Below, piece by piece: positions 30,221 to 40,259 of a stretch of 64,000 nucleotides of DNA. This DNA is from a candidate division FCPU426 bacterium (GTDB taxonomy: Bacteria > Oederibacteriota > Muellerivitia > Muellerivitales > Muellerivitaceae). Numbering within the stretch: position 1 is the stretch's first letter; each line of letters opens with the position of its first letter. The notes beneath the pieces were generated by a model. That model saw nothing but the letters and a program-made list of their open reading frames with translations, was not told the DNA's origin and did no database searches. A program made the translations under genes and the position numbers. Location: NCBI GenBank assembly GCA_963738405.1, contig CAVTWJ010000009.1, positions 192,001 to 256,000 of the forward strand, read 5' to 3'.

Positions 30221-33200
30221 TTGATATTGTTTAAACAATTACCTTTTATCGGCTTCTTCGCTTTATGCGCTGGTATAGCCAATGCCCAACACGTGAATTC
30301 GGGCGCTGCCGCCAATAATTTCCCCCACGCCACAAGTGCCGCAAACTACTACAAATATCAAACTTTGTATGTTAATTCGGCAACTTATCCCCAAGCCACC
30401 ATGAATGCTTCCGTTTCAACCATGTACAACACTTGGTATGCGGATGCTGTCACTACGGGTGGAGCGGGCGGAACGGATAGCCATGGGACACAGCGGTTAA
30501 GGGTTTGGGGAAATTTCACAAATAACGGCACGCAGAATGGGGCAACCGTCTCGGAAGGAATTGGCTACGGCATGCTCATTGCTGTGATGATGAATGACCA
30601 AACAAGCTTCAATGGCTTTTGGGCTTATGCTCTTCAGTATATGCCGGACGACGATGGCAGTTTTTTGATGCAATGGATGATCAATTCCGGCGGGAGTGTC
30701 GTAGGCCACAATGCCGCTACTGATGCTGATGAAGATATGTGCATGGCCCTTTTGATGGCTGATAAGGTTTGGGGATCGAGCGGTACCTATGATTACAAAA
30801 CCAACTTTCAAAATATGCTCAATGCGATTTGGTCCAGAGAGGTTGACGTTAGCGGAAACGCATTCGTAAACCCGGGGGATGCTTATTCGAGCCCGGTTTA
30901 TTCCAGTTACATGACACCCGCTTGGTACAACTGCTGGGGGGAATCGGGCATTGATTCTCTGAGTCACAATTGGTCCTCCATCACTAATTGGGTTTATAAC
31001 TCGTATTACGGCGCCAATTACGCGAATGGATTTGTTCCTGAAACCCAGGGCGGATCCCAGATGCTGAATGACGCTTCCCGTTGCCCGATTCGTATCGGCT
31101 TGGATTACCTATATAACGGAACTGCCAAAGCAAAAACAGTTGCCCAGGCATTCGCTACCAATGTTGAAACTGGCGTTACGGCCAACGGATATAGCGGAGC
31201 GAGCGGCGAAATTCAATCCGGTTGGAATATCTCAAATGGAAGTGTGGTGGGTCCGGCAAACAGCTCGGTTCAAATGGCGGGAGTGGTGGTGACGGCCATG
31301 TGTTTAACTAATAACGTGGCCAACCAAAATTATCTAAACGGCGCTTATGACGCGATGCAGCCGGGAAAAGCCGGGGGTTTTGCCAATCCCAATCAGGGAG
31401 GGTTTGAATATTTCCAGGACACCCTCTGCCTGTTGGGGAATTTGATCGCTTCGGGCAATTTTCCGAATATCGTATGTGGTACACCTCCATGCGGTAGCAA
31501 TACCTGTACGCCTATCCCGACAGCCACACCCCAGTCCTGTTACATGGTTTCAGACGACATTGATGACACTTCCCAAAACCATCTTAATGGATATTGGTTT
31601 ACCTTCGCTTATGCCTCGGCTGCCAATACTCCGGTTACCACCCCGGGCATCTCATGGGTCTTTCCCTCGGCCAATATCGTGGATGGATCACAATTTGTTC
31701 CGGGACAAGCTGATTCAGATAGCGTATCTGGTTATTGTTACATTAATGGTGGAGCTACATTGGTGGGGGGAACAAGCAAAACGGTTTATGCGGGTTATGC
31801 CTTGGGAACCCAATTGACTAACGGATACACAAATCTCTCAAACATGACAAATGTTAGTTTTTACATCCGATCCAACACGATACCAGCCACTATTCGCTTC
31901 CAATTGACTAACCCGAACATCGATTTCGCCTCTTCGGGAGGCGTCGGGAATTCAAATCAATATGGCGCTGATATCATCATTACAGCCGCTAATACTTGGC
32001 AGTATTGTTCATTTGCTGGGACCGCAACAGCGTTAAATCACGCTGCCTGGGGCCCGGCGACGGGATCTTTGCCTGGCGCGAATGGCGCTGTCAATCCGGG
32101 TGGCGCTTCAACGACATTCACCTATGCCATGGCGGTAAGCAACGTTCAATCTTTTGAGTGGCAAACTGAAGCTCCGGTATCAGCCTTGATCAACTATAAG
32201 TATTGGGTGAGTCAGGTTTGTGTGGCGGGCACGGGTTGGTTGTCCCCCACGCCACTGCCCACAAGTACATCAGTGGTTACTGTTTTGCCGACCAACACCA
32301 ATACAACTTCACCAACGGCTACTGTAAGCCCCACCAAAACAAGCACTCCCACCTTAACGGCGACTCCATCACCTACTCTTGCTAATACGAATACTCCAAC
32401 ATCCACAACGACAAAAACGCCTACCTTAACAGTTACGCCTTCTCCTACGTCCACATCGTCTCCGACAGCCACGCCTTCACCTACGTCTGCATCTACTTCT
32501 ACCTATACCTATACGCCTTCCCCAACGGTAACCTCAACGGCTACAAGAACCTCTACTTCAACCCTGACCCAGACCTCAACTGTCACCCGGACCAATACCC
32601 TCACTCAAACCGCCACCAACACTGGAACACCCACCCAAACTTCTCAGTTCAGTCCCACAAATACCTTGTCTCCGACCGCGACTCTTTCTCCAACGGCAAC
32701 AGGAACCTATACTTCGACTTCCACAATGACGCATACACTCACAGCGACTTCAACGGTTACGCAAACTAACACCCCAACAACCACTCAAACATCGACCGCG
32801 ACTCGTACCCTCACCGCTACGGTTACTTCTACTCCCACCATAACGGGAACCCCGACTCCAACCTCTCAATTCAGCCCGACGGATACTTTGTCCCCGACCG
32901 TGACTCTTTCGCCAACAACGACCGGAACCTTTACCTCTACGAACACCACGACCAATACTCCCACGGTTACGGCAACCGCTACGCCTACTCATACTCTGAC
33001 CGCGACTCAAACCTCTACAGCCACCCGCACCCAAACCGCTACGATGACGCAAACCCCCACGGTGACCGCAACCTCCACTAACACCTCGCAATTCACCCCC
33101 ACCAACACCCTTTCGCCTACCTCCACCATGACCTTTACCACCACCTTCACCACGACCAATACCGGAACAAGCACCTATTCGCCGACCATTACCAACACGC

Positions 33201-34183
33201 CCACTATTACGAATACCCCGACTATGACCCTGACCCCGACGTGGACAAATACTTGGACGGTCACTCCCACGATCACCAACACACTGACCTGGACGCCCAC
33301 CTCGACATTTACCATTACGAATACTCCCACCTTTACGCCCAGCTTCACATCAACCTCAACCCAGACGCCCACCCCCACCGCCACCTCAGCGATTGTGGCC
33401 TTGGGCGGGGCAGCCTCAGGAAACGTCAATGTACTTTCGGGAACAAGTAACGTGACATCGGTTCAAGTGAATGTGACCAATTCAAGCGGATCTAACACTA
33501 CCCTGAACACTTTGACGGTGAGCGATTCGGGATCAGGCAGCACCTCTAATATCACAAGCGTCAATGTGGTGATCAACGGAATAATCGTTGGCTCACCCAC
33601 GGTGTTCTCGGGAAATTCGGCAACCATTAATTTGAACAATTATGTTCTGCCCTCCACCACCCAAACGTTGCAGATCGTGGTGAATTATTCAGCAAATGCC
33701 ACGGGGACTTACCAGATGTCCATAGAGAACATGACTGGAACCAGCGCGAATAACGGTGGTCAACCGGCCGAATTTACGGGTCTAGGGGCGACGGGCTATA
33801 ACGTCGATTGCCAACAGCCAACCTTAACGCCCACCTATAGCCCCACCGTGACAAGCACGACTACCCCAACGATCAGCCCGACGCCAACCTTTACGCAAAC
33901 GCCGGTACCGCAGAATTACCCGGTGGTGTATCCGAACCCCGCCGATGGAACGTCTCCGGTGGCGGTTCGTCCTCCCGCCTATACGGGGAATTCGGTTCAC
34001 GTTCAAATCTACACCTTGGCTTACCGCAAGGTGTTTGACCGGAGCTACTCCTACCAATATGGCCATGATCCCCAAATTTCCTTGAAGGATACATGGAACA
34101 ACCCCCTGGCCAGCGGGCTCTATTACGTGGTCGTGACCACCAGCAGCGGCCGAACCATCGGGAAATTGCTGATCCTGCGATAA
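30221..34183 (+). CDS. Secreted GH8 glycanase with a CBM11/galactose-binding-like domain, long Thr-rich stalk, Ig-like domain and T9SS-like C-terminal domain
   Basis: TVSEGIGYG, ATDADED, NDASR; NHLNGYWFTF..VSFYIRS..WQY CBM-like segment; tail VYPNP..LASGLYY..KLLILR. Confidence 0.85.
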   Translation: MILFKQLPFIGFFALCAGIANAQHVNSGAAANNFPHATSAANYYKYQTLYVNSATYPQATMNASVSTMYNTWYADAVTTGGAGGTDSHGTQRLRVWGNFTNNGTQNGATVSEGIGYGMLIAVMMNDQTSFNGFWAYALQYMPDDDGSFLMQWMINSGGSVVGHNAATDADEDMCMALLMADKVWGSSGTYDYKTNFQNMLNAIWSREVDVSGNAFVNPGDAYSSPVYSSYMTPAWYNCWGESGIDSLSHNWSSITNWVYNSYYGANYANGFVPETQGGSQMLNDASRCPIRIGLDYLYNGTAKAKTVAQAFATNVETGVTANGYSGASGEIQSGWNISNGSVVGPANSSVQMAGVVVTAMCLTNNVANQNYLNGAYDAMQPGKAGGFANPNQGGFEYFQDTLCLLGNLIASGNFPNIVCGTPPCGSNTCTPIPTATPQSCYMVSDDIDDTSQNHLNGYWFTFAYASAANTPVTTPGISWVFPSANIVDGSQFVPGQADSDSVSGYCYINGGATLVGGTSKTVYAGYALGTQLTNGYTNLSNMTNVSFYIRSNTIPATIRFQLTNPNIDFASSGGVGNSNQYGADIIITAANTWQYCSFAGTATALNHAAWGPATGSLPGANGAVNPGGASTTFTYAMAVSNVQSFEWQTEAPVSALINYKYWVSQVCVAGTGWLSPTPLPTSTSVVTVLPTNTNTTSPTATVSPTKTSTPTLTATPSPTLANTNTPTSTTTKTPTLTVTPSPTSTSSPTATPSPTSASTSTYTYTPSPTVTSTATRTSTSTLTQTSTVTRTNTLTQTATNTGTPTQTSQFSPTNTLSPTATLSPTATGTYTSTSTMTHTLTATSTVTQTNTPTTTQTSTATRTLTATVTSTPTITGTPTPTSQFSPTDTLSPTVTLSPTTTGTFTSTNTTTNTPTVTATATPTHTLTATQTSTATRTQTATMTQTPTVTATSTNTSQFTPTNTLSPTSTMTFTTTFTTTNTGTSTYSPTITNTPTITNTPTMTLTPTWTNTWTVTPTITNTLTWTPTSTFTITNTPTFTPSFTSTSTQTPTPTATSAIVALGGAASGNVNVLSGTSNVTSVQVNVTNSSGSNTTLNTLTVSDSGSGSTSNITSVNVVINGIIVGSPTVFSGNSATINLNNYVLPSTTQTLQIVVNYSANATGTYQMSIENMTGTSANNGGQPAEFTGLGATGYNVDCQQPTLTPTYSPTVTSTTTPTISPTPTFTQTPVPQNYPVVYPNPADGTSPVAVRPPAYTGNSVHVQIYTLAYRKVFDRSYSYQYGHDPQISLKDTWNNPLASGLYYVVVTTSSGRTIGKLLILR
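32242..33390 (+). repeat. (Thr-X)n coding stalk with degenerate 222-bp (74-aa) tandem units
   Basis: TSQF(S/T)PT(N/D)TLSPT starts at 32639, 32861 and 33083, an exact 222-bp spacing. Confidence 0.88.
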
Positions 34184-34447
34184 CAATAGATCAACGTTTA
34201 AGCAGGCCCTTCCTTTTGATGTAAATTACCCGCGTACCTTCCGATAAAATTTTATTTGGTAGCTACTTTTGGGGAAGTTCTTTGCTCGGTTTGCGTTTTT
34301 GTCCTGAGGTTGAAATGAGGTTCTGAAAACCCTCTCAAGCGGGCCCATATTTATCAAGAACTTAAGCTATTTCATGCACAAGGACACTGGTTGACTGGAA
34401 ATGGGATTAATTTTTTCCATTTATCCCTAATTTGACAACATCTGTCC

Positions 34448-34477
34448 TTGACTCGCAAAAAAAAACTCGACTAGAAT
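34448..34477 (+). promoter_or_regulatory. Sigma70-type promoter of the Rieske/cytochrome b operon
   Basis: TTGACT-N18-TAGAAT, about 90 bp upstream of the ATG at 34567. Confidence 0.55.
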
Positions 34478-34566
34478 GCGCATGCTTTTTCAATTAGTGT
34501 TTAATCGTCTTTTGCCATGCCGATATAGACTTTCATTTGTCACTGTCCATTGGGAGTTTAGGATCA

Positions 34567-35343
34567 ATGCCTGATCGAAATCTAAGTTTAAAAGGGGTCT
34601 TTTTAACCCTGCTTCTAGCCCTAACCGCGTCTAAAGCCATGGCTTCCAGTGAATTGATGGAATCATTAAAAGTTCTTTCCCCGCTTGGATGGACCATCCT
34701 TTCGATTTGGCTCTTGTACGTTCTTATCCTCTTAATTTTCACACTGCGGTATGTCCTTAAGAACAACGAGACCATACCAGAATTCATTCCAAAGCCGGAA
34801 AAACCAAAAAGTCATAAAGACACTTCGGCTGAAGGTGTGGGCGCTCTAAGCCCTCCCATGACACGCCGTTCCTTTATCACTTTGTTGGGTTGGGCGTGGA
34901 TCGCTTTTACCGCCGCCACCATGGGAGCTCTCACCACTTGTCTTCGTTTTTTCTTTCCGAATGTTACATTCGAGCCGCCTTTAAAATTCAAAGTCGGATT
35001 TCCAGATCAGTTTTCCATTGGGGTGGACAACCGCTTTAAAGATGAACACCGGGTTTGGATCGTCCGCAATGACCAGGGGTTTTATGCCCTTTCCACCATT
35101 TGCACCCATTTGGGATGTACTCCCAACTGGCTTCAGTCGGAACAGAAATTCAAATGTCCCTGCCATGGCAGCGGTTATTACATAACGGGCATCAATTTTG
35201 AAGGTCCTGCGCCCCGGCCCTTGGAACGATTTAATATTACCATTGCGGATGACGGCCAGATCCAGGTGGATGAGGGACAGAAATACCAATATGAACTGGG
35301 GCAATGGGGTTTGCCTGGGGCTTTTTTAGATTACAAAGCATGA
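34567..35343 (+). CDS. Rieske iron-sulfur subunit of a cytochrome bc/b6-type complex, N-terminally extended
   Basis: CTHLGC and CPCHGS boxes, GPAPRPL; internal Tat motif TRRSFI. Confidence 0.93.
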   Translation: MPDRNLSLKGVFLTLLLALTASKAMASSELMESLKVLSPLGWTILSIWLLYVLILLIFTLRYVLKNNETIPEFIPKPEKPKSHKDTSAEGVGALSPPMTRRSFITLLGWAWIAFTAATMGALTTCLRFFFPNVTFEPPLKFKVGFPDQFSIGVDNRFKDEHRVWIVRNDQGFYALSTICTHLGCTPNWLQSEQKFKCPCHGSGYYITGINFEGPAPRPLERFNITIADDGQIQVDEGQKYQYELGQWGLPGAFLDYKA

Positions 35344-35373
35344 CGAGTTGGTTTGAGCGAAAGGGGAATTTGA

Positions 35374-36204
35374 ATGTTTGACGGACTTAAAAAGAAGGTT
35401 GATGAACTAAAAGCCCAGGCGCCTTCGCCCGAGGTGGTCAAACAATCCATCGCCCAAGGCCAGATTTGGAAATCTATTTTCCGCCACGGTTATCCTGACA
35501 CCCCTCGAAACCGCATCATGGCGGTGCTCTCGAACGTATTTCTTCACCTTCATCCGGTCAAGGCGCGTTATTCGGGTATCAAGATGAGCTATACCTGGTG
35601 CATGGGCGGGTTGTCTTTCTTTCTTTTCCTGGTTTTGACTGTCACCGGAGTCCTTTTGATGTTCTACTACCGGCCCACTGCCGAATATGCTTATTACGAC
35701 ATCATCGCCTTGCGCGAGCATGTGCCCCTTGGAATCATGCGGGAACTGCACCGATGGGGCGCCCATGCGATGGTCATTACGGTTTGGCTGCACATGTTCC
35801 GGGTTTTTATGACCGGATCCTACAAGCCGCCCCGTGAGTTTAACTGGGTGGTGGGAGTTCTTTTGTTGGTTCTGACCCTCCTTCTTTCTTTCACCGGTTA
35901 TCTTTTGCCGTGGGATCAATTGGCCATGTGGGCTATTACCGTTGGAACCAATATGGCGCGTGCCACTCCCTTTATGGGTTATGAGGGCCCTGGAGCGTCC
36001 ATGATTCAGATCGGGGGCGTGAAGCTGGTTCACGGCGGCTCGGACATTCATTTCGCCCTTCTCGGGGGTCATTTCGTTTCGGAAGCCACCTTGCTTCGTT
36101 TTTACGTGCTTCATTGCGTGTTTATTCCGCTGGTCGCGGCAACACTCATGGCCATCCATTTTTGGCGAGTGCGAAAAGACGGCGGTATTTCCGGGCCGCT
36201 GTAA
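35374..36204 (+). CDS. Cytochrome b6-type subunit (split cytochrome b, N-terminal part)
   Basis: WCMGG (heme ci Cys), [40 protein letters not shown]. Confidence 0.93.
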   Translation: MFDGLKKKVDELKAQAPSPEVVKQSIAQGQIWKSIFRHGYPDTPRNRIMAVLSNVFLHLHPVKARYSGIKMSYTWCMGGLSFFLFLVLTVTGVLLMFYYRPTAEYAYYDIIALREHVPLGIMRELHRWGAHAMVITVWLHMFRVFMTGSYKPPREFNWVVGVLLLVLTLLLSFTGYLLPWDQLAMWAITVGTNMARATPFMGYEGPGASMIQIGGVKLVHGGSDIHFALLGGHFVSEATLLRFYVLHCVFIPLVAATLMAIHFWRVRKDGGISGPL

Positions 36205-36232
36205 TAAGACCCGTTACATTTAAAGAGGTTTC

Positions 36233-37318
36233 ATGCAATTTCTGATCGACTTTACCAACTTCCTGTTTCAGCCCTGGATGTATTTTCTGTTAAGCGTTTT
36301 GGCATTCTGGGCCATGATTCGCTACCGGGAAACTTGGACAGAACCCAAATTCGCCCTCAAGATGGTGGCGGGAGTATTGGGTGTTCTGCTTCTTTCGCTG
36401 CTCAACGGACACTTCAGAGATATCTCCACAAAAGCAGATAATTTTCCCATTTTTATCATGGTGTTTTCCGTGGCTTTCTTTACCTGGCTTTCTTTTCGCC
36501 AAGCAGTGGTCAATGACCGGCGTATCTCGCAAGGCCAGCCCCCGGTTGAGAAGGAAACTTCTGATAAAAAAACCTATGTTTGGCCCGATTTGGTTTATAT
36601 CGAATTTATTGCGACCATCATCGGCGGGGTCTTGCTCCTCATCTGGTCTTTGGTTTTACACGCGCCCTTAGAAGAATCGGCGACCCCCGCATGGACCCCC
36701 AATCCTTCCAAAGCGCCCTGGTACTTTTTGGGCCTTCAAGAGATGCTGGTTTATTACGACCCTTGGCTTGCCGGGGTGGTCTTTCCCAGCCTGATCATCG
36801 TTGGCTTAATGGCCATTCCCTATATCGACAAAAACCCCAAGGGTTCGGGCTACTACACGTTTAATGAGCGCCAATGGGCGATCACGCCCTTCCTGTTTGG
36901 CTTTTTTATCCTTTGGGTAACCCTCATATTCCTCGGAACCTTTCTCCGCGGGCCGGCTTGGAACTTTTTTGGACCTTTTGAGGCCTGGGACGCTCACAAG
37001 GTTGTGGTGCTAAATAACGTGAATCTTTCCGAATACATTTGGGTAAAAATATTGGGAATTGGCCTGCCTCATTTTTGGCTTTTGCGCGAACTGCCGGGGT
37101 TTTTGCTGGTGGGTTTTTACCTCGTCGGCCTGCCGCCTCTCCTGACCAAAAGGTTTAAGATACTTCAAGATTTTCTTGAGAAGATGGGCATTGTCCGTTA
37201 CGGGATTTTAATTAATTTGGCCCTTCTCATGGCCGCTTTGCCCATCAAGATGATTCTTCGCTGGGTCTTGAACTTAAAGTACATCGTGGCGATCCCCGAG
37301 TTTTTCTTTAACATTTAG
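36233..37318 (+). CDS. Cytochrome b subunit IV-like protein with extra TM helices
   Basis: VWPDL, APLEESATP..TPNPSKAPWYFLGLQE (PEWY equivalent), AIPYID. Confidence 0.85.
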   Translation: MQFLIDFTNFLFQPWMYFLLSVLAFWAMIRYRETWTEPKFALKMVAGVLGVLLLSLLNGHFRDISTKADNFPIFIMVFSVAFFTWLSFRQAVVNDRRISQGQPPVEKETSDKKTYVWPDLVYIEFIATIIGGVLLLIWSLVLHAPLEESATPAWTPNPSKAPWYFLGLQEMLVYYDPWLAGVVFPSLIIVGLMAIPYIDKNPKGSGYYTFNERQWAITPFLFGFFILWVTLIFLGTFLRGPAWNFFGPFEAWDAHKVVVLNNVNLSEYIWVKILGIGLPHFWLLRELPGFLLVGFYLVGLPPLLTKRFKILQDFLEKMGIVRYGILINLALLMAALPIKMILRWVLNLKYIVAIPEFFFNI

Positions 37319-37333
37319 AAAAAGGAAATAGCC

Positions 37334-40135
37334 TTGGCCGACTTCAAAGACGAACGGGTTTATAACAGCCATACCTTGACCGTTGTTTTTTTATGGTCCA
37401 GTTTGGCGCTTTTGGTCTGCGTGATCGCCATGGCTTGGTTCGATTACAGCCGCCCCTGGAAAGACTACCAGCGCCGTTTCATACGTTTGGAGCGTCAAAA
37501 GGCCCTTGAGAATCGCAACGAGGCCAAGGGCGAAATTGACATGGCCCAGTACAAGCAGTTGTTGATCGACAAAAAGGACGCCGAAAAGGAATTGAAATCC
37601 CGACAGGATGTTCTGGACCATATCCAGAGCCAGCAAGCGGACCTCGACAACCAAATCTACAAAACCAACATGGTTTATCAGGTTACCAAAGCTAAAATTG
37701 ACGCGGCTAAATATGATTATTCAGAACATTATCTCAAGGCGGGTGCCGACAATCCAAGCCTTAAGAAAAACATCGATCAGCTAGTCGATAACGCTGCGGC
37801 GTTGAGCCAGAAATTACTCGACTTTAAACAATCGAGAGCCGACGCCGATAAACAAATGGCCGACCTGACCGCCCAACGGGACGCGGTTCAGGACAAGATC
37901 ACCACTCTTCGAAAACAATTTGACTTTTATCAAACCCAGGCAAAAAGTTTCAAGCAAGACTGGTTTTTCGATTTTCGAAACGCCATGTTATTCGATTTTA
38001 TGGCACCCACCATTCATATTCAGCAGGTGGTGTTGAACAATCTTCCGGAAGACCTTTATTTCGCCAAGACCATGCGGGTGGACCGCTGTACGACCTGCCA
38101 TCAGGCCATCGACAAAAAGGGTTATGAGGACGCCCCCGAACCTTTCCGTACCCATCCCCATTTGGATCTTTTCTTGGGCGCCACCAGCCCCCACCCGATC
38201 GATAAGGTTGGATGTACCATCTGCCATGGCGGAGTGGGTGCTGCGGTTAATTTCAACACATGCGCCCATGTACCCAATGACGAGGATGAGGCGAAGAAAT
38301 GGAAAGCCCAATATGGATGGAAAGAGCCTGAGGGTGTTGCCGAGCCCATGCTGCCTCTCAAGTACACCGAAGGCTCCTGCCTGAAATGCCATGGAAATCA
38401 ACAACATGTCAACTTCGCTCCCAAGTTGGACAAGGGCCGTGAACTAATGGTGGTTCGGGGTTGCGTGGGCTGTCACAAGGTGAAAAACCTGGAGGGGCTC
38501 CCCAAAGCAGGGCCAAACCTTTTAAGGGTGAAAGGGAAGCTCAAAAAAGAATTTGTATTGAAGTGGGTTTGGTCGCCCCGTTCCTATAATCCTGCGGCCA
38601 AGATGCCGAGTTATTTCCAACAGACCAATAACTCCGATGATGAGGGTTTGGCCAAAACCAAGGCCGAGATGACGTCGATCGTTGATTATCTCTTCGACCA
38701 TTCAGGGGACTACACACCCAATGAGGCTCCAGGGCCGGGAAGCGCCAAGGTCGGTAAAAAATTATTCCACGATGTAGGCTGCGCGGCCTGCCATGGCATG
38801 GACGACATCACCGGTTATCACGCGGTCTTTGCGCCCGATCTATCCTCTGTGGGAAGCAAACTTTCTCCTTCTTGGATCTATACCTGGATCCGCAACCCGC
38901 GCCACTACGATCCCGAAACCCGAATGCCCCAACTTCGCCTCTCGCCTCAGGAAGCTTCGGATATTACGGCTTATTTGGAAACCAAGAAGAACAAGGATTT
39001 CGAGGCGCTTGATCCGCCCGTCGCCGACCCGGCTGTGCGCGACTCCCTTTTGGTGGATTACCTGGCCGTCCAATCTGGCCCCAAGGCCGCCCAAGCGCAA
39101 GTGGCCCAGATGACCGACGATGAAAAGGAACTGCTTCTCGGCCAGAAGAGCCTGGTGAAATACGGCTGCTACGGGTGCCACATGATCGTGGGATTCGAGA
39201 CAGCCCAGGGAATCGGTACCGAACTTTCCGAATGGGGAAGCAAGCAGATCAGCCAAATCGATTTCGGCTTCACCGACGTGGACCATACCCACGCGGGTTT
39301 CATCAATGCTAAGCTTTCCAATCCCCGCCAATTCGACAAGGACAAGGTTCAGGCCTTCCAAGACCGCCTGAAGATGCCTAACTTTAACCTGTCGGATGAA
39401 GATCGGGACGCGATCATGACCGCCGTCCTTGGCCTCACCAAAACCTATGTTCCGGACGAAATGACCGCGGGTATCCACGGCAACGGGCCCCTTCTGGAAA
39501 AAGGGCGTCGCGTGATTGCCAAGTTCAACTGCCGGGGCTGTCATTTGATTGAGGATCAGGGCGGAAAGATCCGCGCCATGTACGAAAACGAGGGTACGGA
39601 CCTTTCGCTGGCGCCCCCAAATTTACGTAAAGAAGGGGCCAAGCTCCAAATCGACTGGTTCCATAATTTCCTCATGGGACCTCACCCAATCCGTCCCTGG
39701 CTTCATATCCGTATGCCCAGCTTCCATTGGTCTGACGAGGATGTGAGCGCGGTTATCACCTATTTCAACGCCAAGGAAGACCAGGTGTTCCCTTTCAAGA
39801 CGGCGGAAACCAACGTTCTAAGGGGAGACGACTTGATTCAGGCTAAACAGCTTTTTGCCAAGCTGCAGTGCCAAAAATGCCATGTGTTGGGAAGCAAGAT
39901 TCCGCCGGACCTCAACTCCGCCGCTCCGGACCTCTATCAGGTGCATGAGCGCCTGAAGCCGGACTGGGTTGTGGAGTGGCTCAAGAATCCGGATGATCTT
40001 ATGCCGGGTACCCGCATGCCGGGCTTCTGGCCGCAGGATGTCTCCCCCGCTCCCCATTATTTCCAGGGCAACGCCCTGAAACAGCGGGAAGCCTTGCGCG
40101 ACTATCTCTTTATGTTCTGGAAAAACGCCCAATAA
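37334..40135 (+). CDS. Membrane-anchored octaheme cytochrome c with coiled-coil stalk
   Basis: Eight CxxCH motifs (CTTCH, CTICH, CLKCH, CVGCH, CAACH, CYGCH, CRGCH, CQKCH); N-terminal TM helix and coiled coil; five (K/R)MP distal-Met motifs. Confidence 0.92.
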   Translation: MADFKDERVYNSHTLTVVFLWSSLALLVCVIAMAWFDYSRPWKDYQRRFIRLERQKALENRNEAKGEIDMAQYKQLLIDKKDAEKELKSRQDVLDHIQSQQADLDNQIYKTNMVYQVTKAKIDAAKYDYSEHYLKAGADNPSLKKNIDQLVDNAAALSQKLLDFKQSRADADKQMADLTAQRDAVQDKITTLRKQFDFYQTQAKSFKQDWFFDFRNAMLFDFMAPTIHIQQVVLNNLPEDLYFAKTMRVDRCTTCHQAIDKKGYEDAPEPFRTHPHLDLFLGATSPHPIDKVGCTICHGGVGAAVNFNTCAHVPNDEDEAKKWKAQYGWKEPEGVAEPMLPLKYTEGSCLKCHGNQQHVNFAPKLDKGRELMVVRGCVGCHKVKNLEGLPKAGPNLLRVKGKLKKEFVLKWVWSPRSYNPAAKMPSYFQQTNNSDDEGLAKTKAEMTSIVDYLFDHSGDYTPNEAPGPGSAKVGKKLFHDVGCAACHGMDDITGYHAVFAPDLSSVGSKLSPSWIYTWIRNPRHYDPETRMPQLRLSPQEASDITAYLETKKNKDFEALDPPVADPAVRDSLLVDYLAVQSGPKAAQAQVAQMTDDEKELLLGQKSLVKYGCYGCHMIVGFETAQGIGTELSEWGSKQISQIDFGFTDVDHTHAGFINAKLSNPRQFDKDKVQAFQDRLKMPNFNLSDEDRDAIMTAVLGLTKTYVPDEMTAGIHGNGPLLEKGRRVIAKFNCRGCHLIEDQGGKIRAMYENEGTDLSLAPPNLRKEGAKLQIDWFHNFLMGPHPIRPWLHIRMPSFHWSDEDVSAVITYFNAKEDQVFPFKTAETNVLRGDDLIQAKQLFAKLQCQKCHVLGSKIPPDLNSAAPDLYQVHERLKPDWVVEWLKNPDDLMPGTRMPGFWPQDVSPAPHYFQGNALKQREALRDYLFMFWKNAQ

Positions 40136-40259
40136 ACAACCTGGCCTGGGGCGTGCTTGCATTGCGTTCCATACCGGTCTAGAGTAAAAAAACTCGCGAG
40201 ATTCACCGCGCCCTCTCTTCAAAGGGGGCCAACGGCAATAGAAATTTGAGGAGGATGGG

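Noticed and set aside
28772..33390. TxT arrays as an ice-binding or ice-nucleation protein, or as a CRISPR-like array
   Set aside because: Frequent prolines and no fixed short coil period argue against a beta-solenoid. The repeats are in-frame coding sequence with no identical DNA repeats or spacers.
26274..34183. GH8 genes as bcsZ of a cellulose synthase operon, or as cellulosome components
   Set aside because: No bcsA/B/C genes, and no dockerin or cohesin motifs are visible.
34216..34229. FNR-like site TTGAT-GTAA-ATTAC upstream of the Rieske operon
   Set aside because: Two mismatches in the second half-site and over 200 bp from the promoter; could be chance in AT-rich DNA.
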